NCBI GenBank assembly: GCA_964188305.1
Contig: OZ076887.1
DNA from: Podarcis bocagei
Lineage: Eukaryota
Reading direction: 5' to 3' (one strand)
Length of the DNA: 64,000 nt
Shown here: piece by piece, positions 13,501-25,500 of the stretch
Numbering within the stretch: position 1 is the first letter of the stretch
Layout of the letters: each line of letters opens with the position of its first letter
Notes under the pieces: model-generated
Told to the model about the DNA's origin: nothing
What the model saw: only the letters and a program-made list of their open reading frames with translations
The model's database searches: none
Translations under genes and position numbers: made by a program

Positions 13501-16500
13501 AAAATAAGAGAGCCTCCTGAAATGGAACCAGAATATGTTCCATGGACAGGTGAGAATAGAGGAAATCTTATATAAATGGTTTTGTAACACAGTATTTCTC
13601 TTTCTACATAAAATCCACCGAAGAGTACTTTATTAGCCTTTCAAATTGTTGCCCTTGCTCTTAAATTTCTAACTCAATAGTGCCATGTTTCATAAATACC
13701 TCACTGGTTTTCTTGAACATAAATGTTACATTTTTCCTGAACGTCTGGGCTAACATGCTTGCCTGCTTATCATCATTATGGCTTATGTAAGGCCATTACT
13801 GTTGTCTGTGCATTTGAACATAAGCATTTATTTACTGGTGCAGATAACATTAGGAGGCTAGTAGTGCTGTTAACATTTAAGATGGTTGCCCTGGAAACTG
13901 ATGTCAAAACTTTCTTGAATTAAATTGTGATTGGTTTGTTTTTTTTATGGCATTTCAAAATAAATGTGATTTCTCAGCCACAATTTAAATTTGCACCTTT
14001 TTTCTTCCTGGAGAAATCAGACAGGGAAGGACAAATGAGAGCTGAGTTAACCTGAGGCACAGTCTCTCTCCTACTCAGTACAACACTTGTTCCTGTGAAC
14101 AAGCCCTAAGCTTATTATAGACTTACATTCCTGCCTGCAATAACTTGAAATTTACACTTTCGTAAAAATTACGAGCAACATCACAGTACAGGTGGCTTTG
14201 CAGGAGAAATATATGATACATTCCCTCATGCTTTTAAGTTGTTTTGCACATCATAGAATTAAGAGCCTACATGGAAGTTATAACAAATGCTTTCCAATGC
14301 ATGTGCACATGTATCGTCAAACAAATCTATGTACCGGATGGCTGTAACATTTTGCTTAGAAATCCCTTCCATGTAGAATTTTGTAATGCAGGCAGTGACC
14401 CTGAGAGACTTTTAGAAACCATGGTTTTAAAGCTGTAAAGGAAAGAAGCCTGTGTATTAGGTTTTGGTGTAAAGAACAGGATTTTATCCTATTGTTTCTA
14501 AAGTTTTCAGATTATTTCATGAGGAGAAAGGTAGACAAGAGGGCATACTTGACACTGAGCTCAACCAGTTGCCTTTTCTTCTCAGCCATAGCCTTGGCTC
14601 TGCTAGGATTGTTTATGTGGACGCTTTTCTTTCTCTGCTGTGCAGTGCTGTTGTTCCACTAAATGACTTAGGCTGGGGGTTGCTGCTTTGCTATGGAAAC
14701 TAGATACGTTTACTTCTTAATGGCCTCTTGTGTCTAACTACCCTTTGGTACGCTATCATGTGTCATTTTTCAAATTCCATATGCCAAATATAATAATGCG
14801 TTACCACTTCATTTTTCGGTCTTCTCAAGCATCTGTTGGTGTGCGAACGACTATAATACAGCAACATGAAATCATTCTGAAGAAGGTCTATCCTCAGGTT
14901 AACAGCAAGCTTCGTAGCATAGTCACAGAACAGCTGGTGGCACTTCTAGATTGCTTTCTGGATGGTTACGTTTCTCAGCTTAAATCTGTGGACCGGCCAG
15001 AGTACCAAGAACGCTATAACAGTCTGGAAATGGAATACATGCAGAAAAGATCTGAACTGTTGTCACCACTACGTAAGTGCTGCGATTATTATACAGGGTG
15101 CCATTTAAGTCTCTGCCATGGGTATAGGAAAGCAGGGGAATAAGGAAATGCTCTTCTTTCTTTTCTTCTTTCCAATAATGTTTGCCTATTTTTAGCTTTC
15201 AGAGCAGAGTTTTCTTTGTAATGTCAAGTAAAAAATGTGGATTAGAATATTTCAACAACATTTCACAGTGTGCCGTTTGGTTCTTAGTTTTTCGATTCTA
15301 GGCAATGTTGAGTTGCTTTTTCTTAAGGGGAAGATAATTTTCAAGGAATTATTAATGAATGAACGTGTGATTGTATTATTGTCAGAACCTAATCCTTTGC
15401 TTAGGAGTTCCTCCCTGGCACCTTCTCCATGCTAGAGTTTGGCTTGTCAGGAATTACAGTCAGGCCCCCTCTGCCCTAACATTAACTTTTCCCTTACTCC
15501 TCAATTATAAGGAACTTTGAAGCCCCCCTGCCAACAGCTGTGTCTCCCCAGGTTGTTCCTTATCTGCCTTATCAGGCTCCACTGCAGGGAGGAGAAATGG
15601 CGCGTTTTGTCTGACTGCAGGCTTGCTTCCCAGCCATTCTCCAGCAGCAAGCTCTGCTTACTGAGGACTTGATCCTGCATCCATGCAGGTGGGAAACACA
15701 GCGGGCAATACGGTGGTCCCTGGTGGCTCAAAGCTCTTCTGTAGGAGAAAAATTGTATTGTCCTACTACTCCATTGTTTGTTGCTGGGGAGAATGCAGTA
15801 CCCACCTTCACTCACAGGAACCAAATCCTATTGGTTGAATCAAATTGTCCCCCCACTGACAAAAGACTCTTTGAGCTAGCATAGTCTTTCAACTTAATCA
15901 TATAGAGCCTATGATCTTTCTAATGGCATGTAGAGTATACCCCTTGCAAATTGCTCTTAACTGCTTTATAGTTTTTGAAAACAATTATCTAGAGGCAAAA
16001 TGCCCTTGAAACCCACACTCGTGGATCTTATTATTATTATTTTTTTAAGTCTTCACAAAATGGCCATGTTTTTATTGTGGGTATTTTTCCTTGTTTGTTT
16101 TTTTTCAGTTTCTCTTGGACAGTACCAGCTGGCTGCCGCTCTAGCAGAAAAATACTGTGACTTTGACATATTGGTACAATTGTGTGAGCAGACTGATAAC
16201 CAGACCAGATTGCAACGTTACATGACACAGTTTGCTGATCAGGTAATGTTTTTTATTTACTCCAAACAACAGGCTGTTAAGTAAGTGTATATTGTAGGAG
16301 AAACCTCAGGCTTGCTGTCGGGTTATTTTTCAGAATTATGTCAGTACAGATTTATTTTTCTCTTAAGCAGCTATCTTATTACACATACAGATAGTGACTA
16401 TCCAAGAGTTACAGAGAAAATAACCAGGCTTAGCCATTAGGTGGCTGCATCAGGCAATTGAGTTGTTGGAGAACAGAAGTCTGGGTGCTCCATGACTTAT

Positions 16501-19500
16501 GTGTTGCAGTAAGTTTCATCTGTCCATCAGTCAACTTTGGTATATGGAATGGTGAAGGGGACCCCATTGTAAACAGCTATTTCTTCACTGATGACCTGTT
16601 CCTGAAATGTAAACTTGTGCGAAACAAGTGATAGAACTTTTATAAGTATTTTCTATGCTGGAATGTTAAAACTTGTCCCATTTGGTTAAAATGTTTACAT
16701 TTTTAGATTATTATTTTTAACACAAGTTGCAGTCTTGCAAGCTTGACCGCATTCTTGCTACTTTTAGAATTTTTCAGATTTCCTCTTCCGTTGGTATTTG
16801 GAAAAAGGAAAACGGGGAAAGCTGTTATCACAGCCCATTGCTCAGCATGGCCAGTTGGCCAGCTTCTTACAAGCTCATGAGCAACTCAGCTGGCTACACG
16901 ACATCAACAGCAATGATTTTGAAAAGGTAAGGCTTTATAAAAAAAGCAAAGTATTTGTAATGGGTAGTTGCTCTGTCCTCTGTCATTGCAGAGCTAGGGA
17001 ATGTGACTGTCTGTACACAGGCAGCTCACTTTGTTAATCGAAGGAACAAGCGGAGACCTGTGTATTTGCACCTCCATTTTAGTGGGATTCTGCAAGCAGA
17101 ACAGCTTTTCCTGACTTGGTGCAAGTTACATGCACAACAAAAGAAAACTGAAATCCAGCAGTGTGCCTCTGATAGTGCATGGCTTTGTTCAGTATCTTGT
17201 ACGAAAACCTGCACCGCTTCCCACAATGTGTGCTAGCACAATGCATTGCACATCCTTTTGCCTTCTGCTGTGTTGTGCTGAGTTTTCCAATAGTTTTTCC
17301 ACAACAGTTTGTAGAACAACACTGTTATCAGAGTTTTATTCTGTTCCTGTGTATCTCTGGCTCTTACCCCATGTAAAGTAAAAATAATATGCATAGGAGG
17401 CAATTCTGTTCTTTGAAATCTTGACACAGAGGTAATTTGTAATCTCATCAAATATTTCTAGAACTTAAGTGACCCAGCATTCTGCAGCTTTCTTTCTTCA
17501 CTGAGGTTATTCTGATAGCTTTGTAAATATTAAGCTGTTGGGTCCAAGTTACACAAATGAATGTCTTTCTTGTGTTTTATTTGTTAAAAGCGCAAAATAT
17601 AACTTAACTTTTTTTAAAAAAACAACTTCCCAGCCTAAATACTGGACAAGTTATAAAATCAGATACTTTAGCAAGCAACTGTTTTTGTAATATCTTTCCT
17701 CTTTTCCTTTTTCTTATTCTGGTAGATCCAGTCACTATTTTAGTGAGTTTCTCTTAGTGAGTTTCTTAGCATTATAATTACAGGAGGCGGCCATTTCACA
17801 CAGGGTTTCTACTCCTGGCCCCCATGAGAACCAGTGGAATGAGCATCAACCTGCCCCATTACACCCCCATTCTGCCTTCTTCCTGGTCCAAAAGGACTCA
17901 CACATTGGTGATTGCATGTCAGTTGGACATGCCTAAAATGGTCACCACCATTCACAATACTGGGGTGTGAATTCTCTTTAGAGCTTTGTTTGAAGAAACA
18001 TAATAGAAATATTTACCTGAAATCAATGTATTCCTAAAATACCATTTCTTCATAATAGACTTGCTTTGATACTATTTCTATTTTCAGTTACTTTTAACGT
18101 GTGTCCTGTAGTGCAGCTGTTTAACATCTTCCCTATCTTGCTTTTTGCATGTTGTTATTCCCAGAGTTATATAAAATTGTTCACTGTAGAAGAAAATTCT
18201 CCTTGGGCATATCAGAATTTGAACGTGTTTATGAAATAATAACAATATATAATCATCATGCAAATTACTAATGTCCCTGTTGTGTGTGTGTGTGTGTGTG
18301 TGTATGTGTGTGTGTGTGTGTAAATAAACTTACATGTTGAGCTTTGTGTCACTTGAAATATTAAAAGTATTTTTTGTCAATGTTAGGCTAACCGAACACT
18401 GCAGAATTTAGCAAATACAGAAACTCGGTACTTTGCAAAGAAGAAAACTCTTCTTGGCCTGTGTAAACTGTCTCTACTGGCTTCTGATGTATCAGAAGTG
18501 ATGCAGAATGAGAAAATTGAAGGTACTATTTTTTCCATTGCAAAGTTTAAAGTACATTTTCTGTATATGGAGATACCCCTTAATTTATTAGATCTGCAAG
18601 GTCAGTGGTGATCCCAGCAGTATGGTGGTTGAGACACCAACGACAGAGCTTTAGTTTCCAAAGCAGTTTGTCCATTCCCCACTGAAATTCTTGGCTGCCA
18701 CACACAACAAATTAATACAGGTACAGTGGTACCTCGGGTTAAGTACTTAATTCGTTCCGGAGGTCCGTTCTTAACCTGAAGCACCACTTTAGCTAATGGG
18801 GCCTCCTGCTGCTGCCGCGCCGCCGGAGCCCGATTTCTGTTCTCATCCTGAAGCAAAGTTCTTAACCCGAGGTACTATTTCTGGGTTAGCGGAGTCTGTA
18901 ACCTGAAGCATCTGTAACCTGAAGAGTATGTAACCCGAGGTACCACTGTATCTATGAACAATTACTGCTGTGGTTGGAATGTGAAAGTTTTCCATCTTTC
19001 TGATGTTGCTCCAGTAAGGTGTGCAGCACTTGAAGTAAGGGGTTAATTCAGTGGGTGATGATGCTTAGCTAGTAGATGACACCACCTTGTAATGTAACTA
19101 TAATGTGTATATTGCTTTTTAAACAACCTGCCCATTTTGAGAATGATCACTAGGATATTAAGGAATTTTCCATAGAACTGTGGTGCAGAAATGTGTGGGG
19201 GGGGGGGGAGCAGGTCCACTATCATGAAAACGTGTCATTTTTGCTGCTTGCTTTCGACAGGATTATCAATAACTTGGGAGGTAGCACATGGCAAGGGCTG
19301 TCATTTACAAGTCTTTCTGAATACATGGACAGAATTCCCTCCCTTGGGATCTTGTAGGTAGACTTCCCACTGCTTTTAGGGGTGGTGGTGGTGGCCTTTA
19401 TGTTCTATGCTCTATGTTCTATGAGGTCAGAAAATAAAAGCTTCTTGTCAAAATCCTCCCTCCAACTAGCCATCCAGTTCTTTGCCAAGAAGTGAAGGGG

Positions 19501-22500
19501 ATTTGTAGCAAGTGGTCTGTCTGTCTGTCTACTAAACATACTGGCAGGTTACAGGTAGAGTCACTGGTCTTCAGGCTCACTGAAAACCTTGAGCGTGATG
19601 GAATATTCATAATTAGGTAAATAATACTTTCTTTGTACTCAGGAATTATAGTAATTTGTGCTGTGCTTTTTATTTCTTGTATACAAGAAATTACTGAACA
19701 AGAGCGCTTTCTGCTACACCAAGAGACTCTACCTGAGCAGCTGCTGGATGAGAAAAAATTAAATCTCAATGAAATGCCAGTGTTAAGTGCTCCACAGCTG
19801 ATTGAGGTATGTACTACTAAGTGTCCTACCGGTATTGAATTTCTGAGCTACTCTGTCGAAAGACTTCTCTAACATGGTTTTGTGTTCCTGAATAATATTG
19901 GGTAAAATGACTGGATGAAAATGGGCCATGCTTTGATCCCCTGACCCCAGCAGACAACTCGGCAGCCCTGTGGCATCACAATTGATGGGTGAATTGCCAC
20001 GCTCACCGGTCAAAATCACTTGTGCTTACAGTGCTCTTTGCAGCAGTCTTTCTTCATTGCTGTGTGATGGAGCAGTCTCTCAGAGCCAGTGTCTCCATAA
20101 AGCAGACATCAGCTCTGGCAGGGACTGCTCCATCGTGCAGCAATGAAGGAAAAAACTTGTCTGCAGCTTTCACTGCCTGCGCAAGGCTGAGCTTTTTTAG
20201 AGATTGAAGGAATCAGTGGAGGTGGGCTGTCCAAGAAGGTCCTGTCTATCAGCTGACATCACCAGTGATGTCAGTTGATGGGCATGGTTTGGAGAAAATG
20301 GGCTCTTGGCTCAAATTGGACCCCCTGGCAGGCCCAGATTGGCCCGTGTGCTGGAACTTACACACCCCAGGGAGGGAGGGACGGCTAGAAAATTTGTGTG
20401 TTAGATACTGTTCATGTGATAGATACCGAGTGCCCTGCCTTGCTTGAGTAGAAGTGCTTTCTGCTGCCACAGAGTCACTATTAGATACAGCCCAATGAAG
20501 CTGCCCTGAGTCTGTCCTGACTCCTTTGTATTACAAATCTTAGTGACCTCGCCAACACAATCAAAATAAATTCAGGAAATTTTGGTAGGGAGTCTGCTGT
20601 GCGGTTTGAGTCAAAAGAGTTAATCTTCAGTGCTAACATACCTTATAGGTTTGCTGTGATAAAATGGGGAGCAAACCATGTATAATGCTCTCAGCTCCTT
20701 GGATGAACGGTGGTGTTTGGGTTAAATTATTTTGTGCCTCAAATACCAGGAACGTATCCTGTTTCAGATGAGCTGGCTATACTCTTACATAGACGTTGTC
20801 CTCTGCCACCATATCCAGATGCCTTATGCAGTGGGTTTTGATTATACACGCAGTTCATGGGTTATTAGAGTACTAATCTGTGCTTGCTTTGTGGCAAGAT
20901 CTGTGACTAGGAATGTTCATCAAATCCACTTACACTTTTTTGATGATAGTCGGAGACTGGGACACCATTGAGCTAAGCTTATAAACAGTTTCTTGGTAAA
21001 TACACTTTTTAGTCCTTTGAATTAAGGAAACCAGAAGGATAGACAGGTGTGGCAAATTGTCTGCATATGTTTTTATGAATGAAAACCCCTAGTAAAAGTA
21101 TTACATATATAAGGGCTTTTTTCCTTTTCTGCCTCCGCATTCCACGAAGTCCACCCTGGGAGGCAAACAGGAGTCCAAATGTTTTGGTGTTTAGGCATTA
21201 CAATGGTATTACAGAAGAAGTCTCTGTAAGCAGAAAGGGAGGAGGAGTTTCTTTAACAGCTGTGCTAAAGCCAGGCAGCTCTGATGCCCCCTAATAATCT
21301 TCCAGCCTGGATCACTGCCAGACCCAGCTTTTAATTTCTTCTATCAGCAAGGCCTTTCCTTTCCAATCCTGGTGTCATTCAAGTTTACGAACTTTTTTTT
21401 TTTAAGAAACAGCTATAATGTGAACAAAGCTGCTCATTGTGCTGAACCATAGCTTAACTTTTGTAACTGCAACCATACTTCTGGATCTTAATTCAAACAG
21501 TCCCACAACTTACAGACATTTAGCTTGTGTACATCCAGCTTCATGTTCTTGGCAAATAATTATAAATAGAAAGGGGACAGGTGTCGGAGGGGGGGAGTCT
21601 TTGGCAATCCCACCCACCACTGCACCCAATGTTTTGTGATTATAAGCAATTTTGGCTTTAGGTGTGATCCCCAGCATGTAACCCCCATGTCAGTTGAGGG
21701 CTTACTCTATTAAAGTAAATATGCATGTCTCCTTTGCGGGTATTTATCTTTCCAGAATATTGCAGATGATTTTTTTTTTTATTTTTTGCACATAGGAAGC
21801 TGTCTTGTACTGAATTAGACCCTTGGTCCATCTAGCTCAGTGTTGTTTTCAGACAGAGGTCTTTCCCAGCCCTGCCTGGAAATGCTGGGATTGGACCCTG
21901 AGCCTCCTGCAGCCCAAACAGATGCCTTGCCACTGAGCTCTTCTATAACAGAGTACTTATTTGTGGAACTATGTTCCTACCACAATAGGCTAGGAATGCC
22001 AAAGCCTTAAATGGTTTGTAAATTTGAGCCGATCATATAGCAACCTTATAGGCAGTGTAATCTGTCCATTGTAATATTGGTGGAATGCCTTTCTAAAACC
22101 CCGACTCTCTTCCTTACTATAAAAATGCCTACAGCTGAATGAAGGCATATTTCAGTCAACAGTCACATGAGTTAGAATCCAGGGTGGTCTTCCCACAAGG
22201 AGTTCTTAACAAGATCAGTTACACTGTTTTGGAGGCTAAAAATAATGCTGTCCTTCCATCTTTCATACAATAGTTGTACATATCCCCTGATAACAGAAGG
22301 GCTAATGAATATGACTTCAAGAAGGCACTCGATCTGCTGGAGTATATTGATGAGGTATGAAAATGAGTGAGTTTTGGTGATCTCTGAACCAGGATGTTTT
22401 TCAGTCTAACTGAAGTCCCCTCCCCCATCTGTAAAAAATAAAATAAACATAACCTCTTATTTCTCAGCTACCAAAATACTCAAGTCCCATCTAATACCAA

Positions 22501-25500
22501 CTGCTTGACTTATTGGCCATCTTTTAAAAAAATAATGGAAGGCTAAACCTGTGAAAACATAAAAACTGAAACTGAAGACTATGACTCAGTTTTAGTGATG
22601 CCATCAGTCAAATATCAGTTCATATCAGTATGGGAATTGATCATTTCCCATCCACCTTCTTTTTAGTTATTGATGTCGCTACCCCAACTGGTATAATTAC
22701 CTTGTTGGGATCTAGATTCATGATATTGGCAATGTCCCAAGACCTCTTATCGGTCCTCCGCCTGCCCCTGTGTTAGGTTTTATTTTATTAATATTTCTAT
22801 TAAAATATTTTTAACCCATTCTTTATCACTTGATCCCAGCCAAATTGACACTTTCCCTCTCACAAAAACTGAACTGCAAACTGTTAAGTGCTCTGTGTCA
22901 CATTCTGTGGCATCAGACCAGGTCTTCTCATTTCCCTAAGCACAATAATATACTGATCACCTTAAAGGAGCTTACATGTATGATTACATATCTGTATGGA
23001 TATTGTGGCTTCATGCAAAACTGAGAACCTCTCTGAAGGTCCCGTTGTTCTTTCTGATCTGTTCTTGTTTAGAAAGCACGTGGCTTTGCATCTTCTTGCT
23101 TGCCCTCTTCATCCTGCCACAGTTTTCCCAGTCTGGTATTTCTGTCTGTGGCCAAGAGGAAAAACGTTTTTTATTCTTGTTCTTAAGAGACTCTTGTGCA
23201 AAGTCTCTATATGCTTGGCTATGCTGGAATAAAAGGTATATTTTAATAAATAAAAGGCATAAATGAAGTCTTTTTTAATGTAGATTCCCCTCCTTTCCCC
23301 ATCAAGTCATAATCCATTTTCAGACACACTTCAAAAAGCTATTTTCTGGCCCATACCCTTGAAAATTGTCCCTTTTTTCTTACTTCTAGTCATGTTTTTA
23401 GCTTGTGAACTATTGAATTTGGATATAATCACAATGCATAATGTGTGTTTCTCTAAAATCTCCAATGCAATTTAATATTTCTTTTCTTTCTTTTTTTCCT
23501 TTGAATGAAGGATGAGGAAGTGGACATAAATGATCTTAAACTTAAAATACTTTGCAAAGCTCTTTTAAGAGATAGGTAAGCAAGCTATTTGTTTGTTTGT
23601 TTAAAGCATTTTTGTCCCCACTTTTTGGCTGTAAAGAATGCAGCTCACATAAACTCGGTAACAAAGACAGTTCCTACATGTAGGCTTACAGTCTAAAAGA
23701 CATAACACAAAAGGAAAATGCGATGACAGAGGAAGGGGAAAATAAGCAAACTCGGGTCTTAGAATTGAAGAACACATTGCCTCTAAGCAGCTGTTGAGGA
23801 CAGGGATTTGTTTTGAGTATTAGAAGTGAGGCTGAGCTCACAATCTTTCCATACAAAAATCTATTCCTAGTTACCAAGTTACCCAAGGGGTTATTTTGTT
23901 GTGTTATTGTTAAACAGGTTGGAGTCAAAAATCCTTGCTGATCTATTGCAAATCACCCAGAGATCTACCAGAAAATTCTGGTCTACTTTCTGCACACCCC
24001 TGGTGTACAGCATTAAATATTTTTTAAAGTGCAAAAACAAGATAGCAGATAAAACTTTTAAGTGACTACAATATTATTGGTTAAATCAGTAAATCATAGC
24101 AGTGTGGGTGCCAGGCAAAATTCTTAAGGGAGAGCATTCCACAACCAGGGCATCACTGCAAAGAATGCCAAGACTGTCCCTTGATTGAGGAGGTGCATGT
24201 CAAAGGGTATTGGCAGATGATGACAAAGATCTGGCAAGTTAATATGGGGTGTGGTGCCTCTCAAATTATATTAGTAGGTTGTATAGTTATGGGGAAGATG
24301 CACTGTGCTCTATTGAAAACACATCCATAATAGGTTGTCTGTGCAGGCTCATGATTTGTGTCTCTCCCAACAAATTTTGTCCTTACGTTTTACTACTCCT
24401 GCTTGGTTGGGGTGAACAAACCATCAGCCTGGGTTTGGACAAGGTGACAAGCCAGCCCATAGTTTGTTTCCAAGCAGGAAGCCTACAACTTCAGTAGCAT
24501 GCAAGAGCACACTACACATTCACAGTAAACCATAGTTTAATATGATGTGTGAACCTGGTCATCCTCAGTAGCCCTCAGAGAAGCTAATAATTCCCCTCCT
24601 GTTTCAGATGGGGGGCTAAATTAAGATTACCTAAGGTTACCCAACAGGTTTTGGCAGGGCTGAGACTTGAACTGTGGGCAACTAGAATCTCTTAACTATT
24701 ATGCCAAGCCAGCTTTTTTTGGTTCTCTGGCCAACGGCACAGCAATGGTACATTTCTTTTACACTTCAGATGATTGCTGATTGCATTTTCTTCATGGTAA
24801 TATGCTACATCATGGGTAGTAAACCTTTCCCAGCCCTAGAGCCACTTTCCATCATGGGGGAATCTGGAGGAACCACAGGCCAGTAGTGGGCGGGGTCAAA
24901 TATCTTTCCCCATTGACAGCTTGCTTCTGTTCCATACTACATGCTTCGAAACAGGCGTCTTTCTCTAAGGGCACAACATGGAAACATAGCAGGCTTCCGA
25001 TAGAGAGATTTATTTCTCCCTCAGCAGCAGGCCTCTGCAGCGGTTCCCCCTCTTTCCTGCAACTCAGCCATCACTGATCACTTGGGCATCAGGGGTGAGA
25101 ATTTGGGTTTCATGACCTGCCACACCTCACTACTTAGCTGGTTGGCATAAACAACCAAGTAGTGGGAAAATGGTGCTGCAGTGTGGGCGGGGCATGGGAG
25201 GAGAGGCCAGTGGGCCAAATGGAGTGGCCCAGGAGGCTGTGTGTGGCCTATTCTACATGTTCCATTTAAGGAATTGCCTGCAGTTACAATAGCATTTGAA
25301 CTAAACGTTATTGGCTCTAAATCAAGAGACAATTGAAGGTGTGTGTTTTTGTATTTGTGTCAGGTGGTGTTTAGAACATGCCTGTTTGCAGGTTGTTCCA
25401 GACAGCCCCTATGACAAATGAAAACCCCCATATCCCACCTTTTAATTTTCAAAAACTAGTCAGTTTCTAAAACAATACTCAGTCTCTAAAGCATAAATGA

